Assembly (NCBI RefSeq): GCF_036971445.1
Contig: NC_091479.1
Location: 15,934,001 to 15,998,000 of the forward strand
Direction: 5' to 3'
From: Narcine bancroftii
Taxonomy: Eukaryota
Length of the DNA stretch: 64,000 bases
Shown here: positions 25,001 to 38,375 of the stretch, in pieces
Position numbering within the stretch: the stretch's first letter is position 1
How the letters are laid out: each line of letters begins with the position of its first letter
Program-made: the position numbers and the translations under genes
Notes under the pieces: model-generated
What the model saw: the letters and a program-made list of their open reading frames with translations, nothing else
The model's database searches: none
What the model was told of the DNA's origin: nothing

Positions 25001-28000
25001 TTCTCATTTTAGACTTTCTAGGCTTTAATTATCATTAACTATCTGCAAATAAGCTCCTCATTTACAAATTCCAGCTTTCTGAATCCATCACTTCTACTTT
25101 ATATTCATTACGTACATGCATTTTATTCACCCTTTGTAAATCTATATTTGTTAAGATAAATTTTGGGGTTTTTCAAGCTTTTCCCTTTTTAAGATCTTCC
25201 AAGTACTTAATTTATTTCCAACATCTAGGACAAATATAATGCAGTAGATCGATGTCACATATTGGGAACAGTGGGGCAGAGGAGGTTGTCCAAACACCAC
25301 CAACTCTGGTTCAGTCCTGACCTCTAGTGTCGTCTGCATAGAGTTCACGTGCTTCTCTTCAAGACCACGCAAGTTTCCTCCGGACGTTCAGGTTTCCTCT
25401 GTGGATACGGGAGTTGGGAGAATTCATTCGATGAAAATGGTGGCACTGCTGTAACGGTGGGGGGAGGCTGAGAGCGGGGAGCAGAGACACAGCGCTCCCG
25501 CGGGGTCCACCCGCCCAGTCCGACTGCCGTCAGCTCCATACAGGCTTTAAACGGCCTGTGAATGGAGTCGACGGTGGTTTTATTTAAAAACTCTGTGACC
25601 GCTTGTTCTGGTCCAAAGACGGCGGAGCCGACGATCGGCAACAGCCACACGTTGTCGCAGACTCCAAAGGATTGGCGCAGGGCACCAAAAAATGGGGGAG
25701 AAAACCCCTTGTTTGAGATGGCCCACGAGCTGTGACCGCGGCAGCGGTCCAGTGAGGGGGTCCCGCGGTTGAAGAACACACAGGCAGCGAGCCAGTTGGC
25801 GACTCGAGGTGAGGAACCCACGTGGGCTGCAGGTTGACTCCGGCCGTGGTTCACACCAGGATGCAGACTGACTGAAGGGGTAGCAGGTATTGGAACCGGG
25901 ATGCGAGAGGGCGCTGAAGGGTTCCTGATCACGTTCGGATCTGGAGCTCGGGCTACTGGTGGTTTAAACTCTGTGTGGCTGCGGGGACTGCGGGAGCGCT
26001 GGAGGCGCTCGGTGACTCGTGGTGGGGGGGGGGGGACTCTCATTCTCTGACTGTAAGAGGCGTTTTAGGCAACTTCTGCCGATGGCAAAAGCAAATTCTG
26101 CGTAATACTGCATTGTTTTTAAATGACACCAACAATAAAGGAATCTTGAATTGTCCCAAACATCGATGAGTGGCAGAATCAATTTGGAGTTGATGGAAAG
26201 GATGGGAGATTAACAAGGGAAAATCAAAATGGGACTTACAGCACAGGAGACAGGAATCAAAAGGCTCGGTTTGTTGTTTAGGTGTCCAGGGTTTATTGGA
26301 TGGTGATTCGGCAATGTGACTCAACGTTAACTGGTCTGGCTCCGGTTCACAGTCCGAGCATCTGATCTGCATCCAAACCATAGTGAGAGAGTGCGCGAGA
26401 CTGCCAAAGCATTTCATCAAAGAACAACTTCAACACATTCCATCCACAACCAGGAAAACAGATCAACTGCAAGGAATGCTGGCTGCTTTGCCGGTAGATG
26501 CTCTAAACCGGTCGTCTTCAGCATACACTGCAGTCGTCTGCTTTCACTGCCACATCCACAATGTGGACATCTGCGTTCATAGTTAGGAACACCTGACTCA
26601 AGAAAATGCTTGCTCTCTCGCCAAGGTTCTCCAGTGTTTTCTTCAAACTCTCACTCAAAGTGTGTTGCTGCTTTGGACTTGGCGCCAAGCAAAATGGAGA
26701 CGCCTCTGAAAGCAGCAACTCCCCGCACGAGGGGAAGCGCAGGATCCACAAGGGTACTGCTTACCGTTCTTGGGCTGATTGCGGGCGTCGCCGGCATCCC
26801 GGGTCATCCAGCTGCCGCCACCACCTTTTCAGTGCCGTGTCACTTCCACGCGGGCACTATCGACTTGGGGTGGCTGGCGCGTAAGGGGGTTCACGGCCTT
26901 GGCGAGTTCATTAAACAGCATGGTGGAATAGAGACGAGGAGGGCTCGCATCTGTTGACCGTTACCGTGGATTAATCGCTCATTATTATAGATCACAGACG
27001 TTGTTGAAATAGTTTCCACAGAGATGGAATATTCAGACTATGTAATAATAAATCGTTGTTCATCACTAAACCATTAAAAAACTTATTTGGACTTGGTAGT
27101 GGGATTAGATCGAAACATGTCACAGTGAAGAGCCCCACCTGGCCTCCAAGAGGATAGTAATTATTAGAGGAAGGTTTATATTTGTAAGGCATCGTGACCT
27201 CTGGACTTCCCCCAAAAGTATCTGGCAGCCAAACTTACTGCGATGCGCGGAAAATGCACCAATGAAGTTCACAAGGAGTTGCCTCAAACGTGGCAGTGAA
27301 ACAGTATGCAGATTCGGATATAACGCGATGGGCCGCTGGTCCTTTTTTTGCTCTTTCTGGTCATTTTTTTGGGGTATCAAAACGGAACAAACCGTTAGAA
27401 AAAGAAAATATTTCTCCATGAAGGGTAAGCATCACGCCCTTGAGGCGATCAAGAATCAAAGTCAAACCCACAAGACCTCGGTGCTCCTGAGTCAACACTT
27501 CGTGGCTGGAAATCGCAGGAAGAAAAGTTACACGCGTCGCTGTGCAAAAGTTGAAAAGGAAGCAGGACTAATTGCCAAATGGCTGAAGACAGCCAAAGGT
27601 TTACTTGAACCCCAATATAGCGCAACCCCGCTTCATTCACGATGACATTTTTTGGACCCAAACGACCCGTGTTATAACAGGATTTTACAATCAGCTACAA
27701 GTGAGGAATTGTGTATCAGAGCAGGAAGGATTGGGATACACTTAAACTTGTTCACAGCCTTGAACCACCCATTATCAGATTAGCCATCAAATGCGACAGC
27801 ACGGAAAACAGGTCATTCGGCCCTTTTAGTCTGTGCCAACCATCATTTCGCTAGTCCCACTGACCTGCTCCCATTTCATAACCCTCCAGTCCTCTCCCAT
27901 CCAGGTATCTATCCAATTTATTCTTAAAACATGAGATCGAGCCTGCATTCACCACATCAGATGGCAGCTCATTCCACACTCCCACCACTCTCTGAGTGAA

Positions 28001-28099
28001 GAACTTTCCCCTAATGTTCCCCCCAAACCTTTCCGCTTTCAGCTTAGTTATGATCTCTTTTATTTATCTCTCTCAATCTAAATAGAAAACGCCTACATG

Positions 28100-28481
28100 G
28101 ATCCCACTGCCCTGCTCTCTGCCCAGAGCCCCATGTTGGTCCCCACACTGATCCCAATGCCCCACTCTCTCCTCACAGCCCTGTGTCACTCCCCTCACTG
28201 ATCCCACTGCACTGCTGTCTCCCCACAGCCCCATGTTGGTCCCCACACTGATCCCACTGTCCCGCTCTCTCCCCACAGCCCTGTGTTGGTTCCCACCCTG
28301 ATTCCACTGCCTCTCTCTCTCCCCACAGCCTCGTGTCAGTCCCCACACTGAGCCCACTGACCCGCTCTCTCCCGACAGTCCTGTGTTGGTCCCCACACTG
28401 ATCCCACTGCCCCGTGTCGGTCCCCACACTGAGCCCACTACCCTGCTCTCTGCCCACAGCCCTGTGTCGGTCCCCACACTG
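28100..28481. repeat. Degenerate minisatellite, about 50 bp unit, about 7.5 copies
   Basis: Repeated GTCCCCACACTGATCCCACTG..CTCTCTCCCCACAGCCCTGTGTTG, directly after a CR1 tail (27790-28090, minus). Confidence 0.85.
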
Positions 28482-29840
28482 AACCCTACTTAAAGATAAA
28501 AAGTTTACAGGTACACTACAGTATCCCATATAGTTTTTCGTACAACATCCACATTGCATAATGCCCAATTTCACAGAACCTATCGTGGATGTTAGGCGAC
28601 CCATACCCTGTTTAAGGTTTGGTGCTTTCTGCTGTTTCAGGCATCCGCTGGGGGTCTTGGAACATATGCCCCACCAATAAGGCAGACAACTGTATATTTT
28701 ATCATTTCCGTCCATGCTGTAGCCCCCAGAAGGGCCGTATGCCCCTTGTTGAGAATGTCTGGTCAAAGCACTCACAAAACTCACATACTAATGGGAAACT
28801 CACTGCAAAAATGAAGAAGTACAATGGAATTCTTGCAAGAATGATTCACCTCAGGATAGGACCACAAGGCATAGGAGCAATATTAGGCCATTCAGTCCAT
28901 CCTGTCTGATTTACTATCCTTTGCAACTGGATTCTTCTGCCTTCCCTCTGTAACCTTGGACTCCCTTTCCAAACAAGAGCCCGTCTCCCTCCGTCTTAAA
29001 TATCCACAGTGCCCTTGGCTTCCACTCCAATGAACTCCACAGGACGGCATGGTTAGTGCAACATCTTTACAGTGCCAGCGATCAGGACTAGGGTTCGACT
29101 TCTGCGCTGTCTGTAAGGACTTTGTACGTTCTTCCCAGCATGGGTTTTCCCCGAGGGCTCCTGTTTCCTCCCACCGTTCAAAACGTACCGGGGTAACTGG
29201 GTGTAAATTGAGCGGCGCGGGCTCATGGGCTGAAGTGATCTGTTACTGTACTGTATGTCTAAATTTAAAATTAAATTAAAATTTTAAATTTACAGTAAAT
29301 TTAATTTAAGAAGTTAAAATTAACAGTTTTTCTTTTAAAAAAAAAGGCCAGAGAGTGATCTCCAAGAACAGAACAAAGGCAAACTTGCCATCGAGGGCAA
29401 GGTTCATTCAGGAGTCACGAGTGAAAGAAAGATTTGTTCATTTCACCGAATCCAGTAGCAGGTTAGAAAGAACTGGAGCAGATTCAAGGAATTTTGCCAG
29501 AACTCTGAACTGACCTTAATTCACACTGGCTCATGTTGCAAGTACATCACCGTTGGTCAACATCTGCCTCCATAAATCCCAGGAATGCAATCACCAGCTC
29601 CCTCCCGCACAATCCCTCTCAATCTAGCCAGTTCTTCCAAAGCTCGCAAGGTGCGAAAATGACAGAAGGTAGGAAAAGTGGGAAAAAGTAGGGCAGTGGA
29701 ATCTTGTGACTCGCAGTGATGGGAATTCCAGAGAGAGAAGAGTGGAAGGAATGGGCAAAAAGAAAAACAAGGCAATGGCACTGCTTTTCTTGGGGGTGGG
29801 GGTGGCGCAAGTCCAAACTTGCCACTTCAATCAGATGCAA

Positions 29841-30689
29841 CAGTGGTCTCAGGAAACGTGGAACTGGATTGTGGAACAGTGGTCTCAGAAAACGTGGAAC
29901 TGGATTGTGGAACAGTGGTCTCAGAAAACGTGGAACTGGATTGTGGAACAGTGGTCTCAGAAAACGTGGAACTGGATTGTGGAACAGTGGTCTCAGGAAA
30001 CGTGGAACTGGATTGTGGAACAGTGGTCTCAGAAAACGTGGAACTGGATTGTGGAACAGTGGTCTCAGAAAACGTGGAACTGGATTGTGGAACAGTGGTC
30101 TCAGAAAACGTGGAACTGGATTGTGGAACAGTGGTCTCAGGAAACGTGGAACTGGATTGTGGAACAGTGGTCTCAGAAAACGTGGAACTGGATTGTGGAA
30201 CAGTGGTCTCAGAAAATGTGGAACTGGATTGTGGAACAGTGGTCTCAGGAAACGTGGAACTGGATTGTGGAACAGTGGTCTCAGAAAACGTGGAACTGGA
30301 TTGTGGAACAGTGGTCTCAGAAAACGTGGAACTGGATTGTGGAACAGTGGTCTCAGAAAACGTGGAACTGGATTGTGGAACAGTGGTCTCAGGAAACGTG
30401 GAACTGGATTGTGGAACAGTGGTCTCAGAAAACGTGGAACTGGATTGTGGAACAGTGGTCTCAGAAAACGTGGAACTGGATTGTGGAACAGTGGTCTCAG
30501 GAAACGTGGAACTGGATTGTGGAACAGTGGTCTCAGAAAACGTGGAACTGGATTGTGGAACAGTGGTCTCAGAAAACGTGGAACTGGATTGTGGAACAGT
30601 GGTCTCAGAAAACATGGAACTGGATTGTGGAACAGTGGTCTCAGGAAACGTGGAACTGGATTGTGGAACAGTGGTCTCAGAAAACATGG
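29841..30689. repeat. Near-perfect 36-bp minisatellite, 23 full copies plus a partial copy
   Basis: Unit CAGTGGTCTCAG(A/G)AAACGTGGAACTGGATTGTGGAA, head-to-tail with no spacers. Confidence 0.97.
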
Positions 30690-32027
30690 TGACACAAGTC
30701 AAGGGGCCAAGTCAACATACTAAATGGCCACCTCCGATATTTTTAAAATTAGACATACAACACAGTAACAGGCCATTTCCCACCATGAGTCCGAGCCACC
30801 CAATTCACACCCCCATTAACCTACAACCCATGATACATTTTGAACGGTGGGAGGAACCAGGAGCCCCCAGGGAAAATCCACGTGGAGAACGTACAAACTC
30901 CTTGCAGAGAGCGTGGGATAAGTCCACTCCCAATCGCTGGCGCTGTAAAGGTGTTGCACTAACCGCTACGCCAACTGATCAGAGGGAAATGGTTTAAAAA
31001 AAAATACAGGTCAATCAATACAGTTAGTTTTGCTTACAAACGATTACCATGGTCAAGGGTCTGGATTGTGTGGTGAGAAATTTATAAACATTCTACATTC
31101 TTAGTAACAATAATTTTATAACAGTGCCACCGACCCTGGTTCGAATCCGCCGCTGCCTGCAAGGGGATTGTATGTTCTCCCCGCGCCTGCGTAGGGTCCC
31201 CCCCCCCCCCGCAGTTTCCACTCACTCTCCAAAAATATACGGGGTTTGGAAGTAAACCTGGTAGATTTGGACGGCGCGAGCTCGTGGGATGGAAGGGTCT
31301 GTTACTGCGCTGCTTCACAGATTTTTTTTTTAATCTATTACTCTATCCTTCCATATTTTTGAAATAATGGGATTTTCAAAACTATTCACATCAAGTATTT
31401 CCAGAAGATCATTTGCAGTGGAAGGTTCACTAAAAGGGATCCCTTTTAAATTACCCATACAGCACAGTAACAGGGCATTTTGGCCCAATTTACATCCAAT
31501 TAACCTACAATAGGAAACTATTGATCAGTTGGACAGATGTCAAAGGAGGGAGAAGTTTGAATCAATTCATCAGGAACAAACTAACAGGGAATTTAGAAAA
31601 TTAATGTCATTATGCAAAGGAAAATTGCCAGTTAGATCTCAAGGGCTCAAATGGGTTGATATCGGAAAGTTATTTGTGCCCAATTTCCTTGTTCAGCTTC
31701 AAGGTGAGTGGAGGGCAGCAGCAATCAACAAGGATCCACACCAGCCAGCGCTGTTCTCGCTGCTGCCATCAGGAAAGAGGTATCGGTGCCACAAGACTCG
31801 CACCACCGGGATTGGGAACAGCTGCTCCCCCTCCACCATCAGAGTCCTCAATGACAAACTCAATCAGGGACTCATTTAAGGACATATACTTGCAAATTAT
31901 TTACTCCTGATTTTCCCCCCTCTGTATTGCACAGTTTGTATACATTTCTCTCTTTTTTTGAGTACAATTTACACTACTGATAAGTTAAAATTCTGCCTGG
32001 CTTGCAAGAAAAAGAATCTCAAGGACT

Positions 32028-33134
32028 TGTGTTCTGTAGGTACCGTGACAGAATATAGATATGTTTTTGGGAGATAAATTGGAGCAGGGTTTGTTAGCGT
32101 AGGTCACATACAAGCACTTTAAAACAGATTTTATTTAAAATACTGAGCTCTGCTCATGCTAGACATGTCGGAGACAACAGCCTTTGCAAAAGCTTTGGAG
32201 AGTGCCCAAGAGACTTGGCTAATGGATTGTTTACAAAAAAGCAACAGGTGAAAGAACTTGTCGGAGCCACAGATTGTCTGGAGGGGAACTTGCTGCTCGA
32301 AGAGGGTCATGTGATTTTGCAAGCAGAGAGAGTCAAACAGGCTTTTTTCCCCTCAGAGAGATCAGTTCAACAGCAACTGGAACTGGAACAAGACAAGCTG
32401 GAAAGCTTGTGGAAAACCCTGTTCGGAAGACAGGGTTGTGAGTGCTTAGTTCAGCCTGGTCAAAGCCCTTGTGGTTCACGCAAGATGAGAGGACTGGCTG
32501 TCTAATATTTCACTTGAAATAAGTTTTTAAAAAATGAATTCTACGGTGACCTGAAAGAAAGAGGTTATCATCTGGAGAACCCTGAAGGTGCAAGTTTCAT
32601 CAGCGAGACACTGAAGTGGCTGATGGAAATAAATGAGTTGTGGCTGTCCCGGAACAACAAATCGCTCTCTGAAAACCCACAAGAACCTTCCTAAGTGTTA
32701 ACCATTAAAGCACCAAAGCCTGGTGAGCTTTATAAACGTTAAATTCTGTGCAGAGTATAAGAATTGCCTGCAACCAGTGAACTGGGAGGTGAGATTGGAC
32801 TGTGAATCAAAGAACCTTTCTGAACTTACACACACATTACACACACGTGCACTTAGAATTAGAAGAGTGTTAAGTTAGGTTAGTTAAGTTAATAGTAATA
32901 AGTTAAAGTTTGATCCTGTTTTCATATTTAAAGATAATTAAAAACAACTTTCGTTGATGTAACCATTTGTCTTGGTGAATATCTAATAAATTATCTCATA
33001 AATTAGATCCGCCATGATCGTATTGAATGGCGGAGCAGGCTCGATGGGCCATTTTTGGCCTAGTCCTGTTCCTACTTCCTATGTTCCTATGTTCCTAATG
33101 CTGCTGGGTTTTGGGGTCCTCTGGGCCTGTAACA
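32028..33134 (+). mobile_element. Solo LTR (about 1.0 kb plus a nested LINE tail)
   Basis: Begins TGTG, ends TAACA, with a perfect 5-bp TSD GGACT (32023-32027 / 33135-33139); homologous to 48084-49140 and 7800-8165. Confidence 0.8.
32988..33094 (+). mobile_element. Short CR1/HER1 3' tail inserted in the LTR
   Basis: GCCATGATCGTATTGAATGGCGGAGCAGGCTCGATGGGCC..(TTCCTATG)n flanked by CTAAT on both sides; absent from the 48-49 kb LTR copy. Confidence 0.7.
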
Positions 33135-33247
33135 GGACTTGGATAAAACTTTGAACTTCAGATTCAGATCATTGTCAAAGAACATACACGACATCACATA
33201 CAAACCTGAGATTTTTCTTTCGGCCGGTGAGGCAGAATCACCACTTA

Positions 33248-33882
33248 ACATAACATAACAATTTACAGCACGGAAACAGGCCCTTCTAGTCCGCACCGAA
33301 CCAAACACCCCTCTCTAGTCCCACCTCCCTGCATAATGCCCATAACCCTCCATCTTCTTCTCATCCATATACCTGTCCAACCTTTTCTTAAATAATACAA
33401 TTGACTCCGCCGCCACTATTTCTCCCGGAAGCTCATTCCACACGGCTACCACTCTCTGAGTAAAGAAGTTCCCCCTCATGTTACCTCTAAACCTCTGCCC
33501 CTTAATTCTTAACTCATGTCCTCTTGTTTTAATCTTTCCTCCTCTTAACGGAAATAGTCTATCCACATCCACTCTGTCTATCCCTTTCATAATCTTAAAT
33601 ACTTCTATCAAATCCCCTCTCAACCTTCTACGCTCCAAAGAATAAAGACCTAATCTGTCCAATCTCTCCCTAGACTCTAGATGCTTAAACCCAGGTAACA
33701 TTCTGGTAAACCTTCTCTGCACTCTCTCCACTCTGTTTATATCCTTCTTATAATTAGGCGACCAGAACTGCACACAGAACTCCAAATTAGGCCGCACCAA
33801 CGTCTTATACAGTCTCAACATCACCTCCCAACTCCTATATTCCATGCAATGTTTGATAAAGGCCAGCATACTAAAAGCCTTC
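33248..33882 (-). mobile_element. Young CR1/HER1 3' fragment nested in a Rex1-like tail
   Basis: Uninterrupted frame LYKTLVRPNLEFCVQFWSP..SLERRRLRGDLIEVFKI..FFTQRVVAVWNELP; host sequence resumes on both sides. Confidence 0.9.
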
Positions 33883-34334
33883 ATGCAAAAAAAATGACTC
33901 AACGCACACATGTAAACAAAAAGAAATGTAAACAAACTGACTGTGCAATACGGAGAGAGGAAAAAATATCAATAAAATGCAAGAGTTCTGAAATGAGTCC
34001 CTGATTGAGTTTGCTGTTGGGGAGTCTGACTGTGGAGGGGTAGCAGGGGTTCCTGAACCCGAATTTGAACTCGAGTAGAATTCTACTGGATTGTGGTAAC
34101 ACTTTGCCAACCTTCGCTTTGGAAATCAACAGAAAGCAACTCTGTACACTCAATAATAAATTCAAATCTAGCAATATTCGTAAGATCTTTTACAAATTTC
34201 TGCTGAAATCCATTTGAATATTAATGATGGTAGAAAGAAGTTTTTTTTTAAAAAAAAAAGTATATCATCTACCACAAAGGAGCCCAACATAACTGTCTCC
34301 CACTGCTAGGTTTCTCTCTTCTTTCTTTCTTCTT

Positions 34335-34651
34335 TGGCTTGGCTTCGCGGACGAAGATTTATGGTGGGGTAATGTCCACGCCAGCTGCAGGCTCGTTTGC
34401 GGCTGACAAGTCCAATGCGGGACAGGCAGACACGGTTGCAGCGGTTGCAGGGGAAAATTGGTTGGTTGGGGTTGGGTTTTTCCTCCTTTGTCTTTTGTCA
34501 GTGAGGTGGGCTCTGCGGTCTTCTTCAAAGGAGGTTGCTGCCCGCCAAACTGTGAGGTGCCAAGATGCGCGGTTTGAGGCGATATCAGCCCACTGGTGGT
34601 GGTCAATGTGGCAGGCACCAAGAGATTTCTTTCGGCAGTCCTTGTACCTTT
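34335..34651 (-). mobile_element. RTE-clade LINE 3' end
   Basis: Highly similar to 38378-38705. Confidence 0.9.
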
Positions 34652-37600
34652 AGACTGGAAAGAAAACCCAAGATCTCACGCTGAACTCTCTGAATAAACA
34701 ACCCAAGTAATAACATACCGAATATTGGCCCAAAAAAAACAACAGCAAGCCTCAGTCAGAAAAAGGCCGTAGCAATCTTTAAAATCAATCAAGTGAAGAC
34801 ACAGAAACGCTGGAGGAACTTGGCAGGTCTCGCAGCGTCCGTAGGAGGTAAAGATATATTAACGACATTTGAGGCCTGCCCTCCTTCGAGGTAAGAGTGA
34901 AAAGCAGTCAGGAGCCTGAATTAAAGGAGGAGGGGATGGGGGTGGGGGGGGAGGCGCAAGGGTCGGAGCACAGACCAACAGACGCAAGGTGATAATTGGA
35001 CATGAACAACAAAGGTGGAAATTGATCAGGGGAGGCTCTGTGAATACAGAGACACAGACCGAAACGGGCCTTGGGGACACCAAACCAGGGCTGGTGCCTG
35101 TAGCATTTATTCTAAAGGGGCCATTAATAGGGCCAGCTGGGCACACGTGCATTGAGAGGGAAGTGTGACAGCACCCCCCCCCCCCACCCCACCCCATTCT
35201 CAGCCCAAGAGAGTTTCTGACGCTGACCCTGCATGTCCGATTTGGTAAGTTTAAAATAGTCTTAATTATTCTTAGCAAAATGATGCTGGCTTTCCCAGAC
35301 CACTATATATTAAAATGATTACTAGGGCAAGTACTAAAATGCACCCCACCCCCGATTAAAACTTACTTACCCATTTGACACTGACATTGCGCCACCCCCT
35401 TCCAGTTAAAACTTACGCATTTTGTTAAAACAAGATTTATTTACGATGGCGGCAGCTGGCTCAATCGCCGCCCTTTGTTTCCCATAATCCCCCGTGCAGC
35501 CGGAACCGCTCTGCGTTTCCCTGGCGCTGACAGAGCGGCTCCAGCTGTGTGGGGGGGGATTATGAATGACGAAGGCAGCCGTTGCCCCCGCAGTGAGCTG
35601 CCCCAAAGCAGCTGAATCAGATGCCGGAGCGCCGCTCCAGTGAACTCCGACGGCACTGCGCCCCTGCTGCCACATTGTGAGTTAGATTGGGGGGGTGGGG
35701 GGAGAAACATGCGGACGGCCGGGACTAGAACCAAGGCGGTCGGGTGAGGAGAGGACATTTAAGGACTCTTAATTGTGCATTTTGGGTTTTTTTCTCTCTG
35801 AATTGCACAGTTTGTTTACATTTCTTTATTTGTTTACGTGTACAGTTTTTCTGCACCACCAATAAGTGGTAATCCTACCTCGCCCGCAGGAAAAGGAATC
35901 TCAGGGTTGTATGTGATGTCATGTATATACTCTGACAATAAATCTGAACTCTGAGACAGAGGGATGGGTAGAGACACACACAGGAAAGGGGAAATAGCGT
36001 TAGATTGGCAGGGCGGGTGTGGGGATGCTATCAGAAACTGGAGAGGTTGACGTTAACGCCACTGGTTGGACGGTGCCCAGATGGAACAGGAGGTGTTGTT
36101 CCTCCAATTTGCCAGAGGTCTCAGTCTGGCAGTGCACGAGATGCACTTGAAAGCACTTGTTTCTGATTACCAAAATGAAGTTACACACACCAAAAAAAAA
36201 AAAAAAAATGAACAAGTCATGAAATTCAATGTTTTGGACCAGTGTCATAGTACAAGCATTAATATTATAAGCCACCTTACACCAGTACTATTAAAATAAT
36301 AGTGGATGAGAAGTAAGGCAGCGCTTTTGCTTCCCCAATCATTCAGGCAGAGGGGAAGAAGCTGACTTTGTGCCGCTGAGCGCTTGTCTTTAGGCTCCTG
36401 TACCTTTTCCCCCTGATGGTAGCAGAGGGCCCGGCCTGGGCGGTGGGGGTCTTTGAAGATAGAGGCTGCTTTTTTAAGACACCGCCTCATGTTGATGTCC
36501 TCGATATTTCTTGATATTTAGTTTTACAAGTTGGACAAACGGTAAAAGCACTCATCCAATTTCTACAATTACCCCAGTTTCAAAATTCCTGCGCGCATGG
36601 AAAAGCTATTTTTAATGCTTTAATAATGTGCACTATTTAACACCGCTGCCAGCCACTGAACCCAGAAGGACCTAATTTAGTCCCGCCTGTTGTGAAACTT
36701 GCTCTTGAATCATAATCTCTTGTTAGCTCCTTCAGGCAATGACAATTCCAATAAAAAAGCCCACAAACTTCAGCATCTTGCCTCAACACATCAAAATAGC
36801 TCCAAGCATCTGACACAGCAAGCTGCTTCAGAAGTGTAGATCAACCTTTCGTTGCCTTCAACCTGCAGGCGTTACAGATATTGATGGCCTTCTGTTTGGT
36901 GTTAATGCTCAAGCCATAGACTTTACTTCCCTAACATTACAGGAAATTAATATTGATGTGAACTGCAAGCATTTTTTACCACTAAAGATTTGGTTAGAAA
37001 TTCATCCCCAGTGACGTTGCACTTCCGATGGGATAAGCATATGCCTTCGAAAGTCACTCCATTTTAGTGGGTGGAAGCAAATTTCCAGAGCTGAGTATAA
37101 TAACTGAGGGGTCCTGTGACTGAAGAGATACACAGGCGGTGGGACTATTGGGAGACTCGAGGAGAGGGACTCGTGCAGGTGCGGACTGAGAACTACTGAT
37201 TTAAGCAGAGACCACTTGAGGTCTCATGCAACTTAGCAAAGAAGGGAGCTATGACTTCCTTGATCCATTGCTCCAAGAGTATCAGTGAGTGATGGAACCT
37301 GTGGGGTGATCTGGAAGTGCGGGGAGAATACAAGATGCATTAATGTCGGGTAAATGGGAATGGATTCTATTTTCATAATTAGGTATTGATTCCCAAATTC
37401 CAAACTGCCCAATTTCAAGTTCCAGGGTAGGTTTCAAACTCTCGTCTCTGGATCATTGGTCCAGGCCTCAGGTTTACTGGCCCTGTGATTTAACCAGCCC
37501 ACCATTACCAGTTTGTTCACGTTGGCATCTTAATGGTTGAGCACAGAGTAGATGGGCTGAAGCGCACTGTTGCGCTCTAAAAGTAGCCAAATTGATGAGA

Positions 37601-38375
37601 AGCATTTTGGAGTGTCCATCAAAATCAAACTTCCTCTGTATATTAAATGGTTGTCCTTCCTCATGAGCCTTCGCTAAAAATAGTATAATCAACTCAGACA
37701 AGTTCCTGCCACTCATTTCATTGATATGCTAGAGAGTGTACGTGTTGGGGTTCAGACTTACCTCTGATGCTAATCAGTAACTGTTAACCTACTGGTTCTC
37801 TCACCGGTGCCACCCGGCCCATCGAGCCTACTCCGCCATTCAATGAGATCATGGCTGGCTCAACTTCACCTACCTGCCACTTCCCCGTACCCTTTAATTC
37901 CTTTTTGATGTAAAAATCTACCTAACTGAACTCTAAATATGTTTAATGAAGACCCTCAACTGTTTCCCTGGGTGGAGAATTCCACAGGTTCATGACTCTC
38001 TGGGAAAAAACAATTATTCCTCATCCCCATCTTAAATTGACTCCCCTGAATCTTGAGGCTGTATCCCCTAGTTCTGGTCTCACCTACCAGTGAAAGCAAT
38101 TTTCCTGCCTCAATCTTATTTATCCCTTTCATAATTCGATATGTTTCTAAAAGATCTCCTCTCATTCTTCAGAATTTGAGTATAATCCCAGATAATTTAG
38201 TCTCTTCTTGTAGGTCGACCCCCCACATCTCCGGGATCAACATGGTGAACTCCTCTGAACTGCTTCCAAGGCCAGTATATCCTTCCTCAAGTATGGAGAC
38301 CACAGTTCTCCAGGTGCAGCCTCACCAGTACTTTGTCCTGTTGCAGCATGAACTCCCTGCTCTTGAATTCAATTC

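Noticed and set aside
29841-30689. 36-bp repeats as a CRISPR array, or the 290-390 aa ORFs as genes
   Set aside because: Units are contiguous with no spacers, there are no cas genes and the context is vertebrate. The ORFs follow from a stop-poor unit whose length is a multiple of 3.
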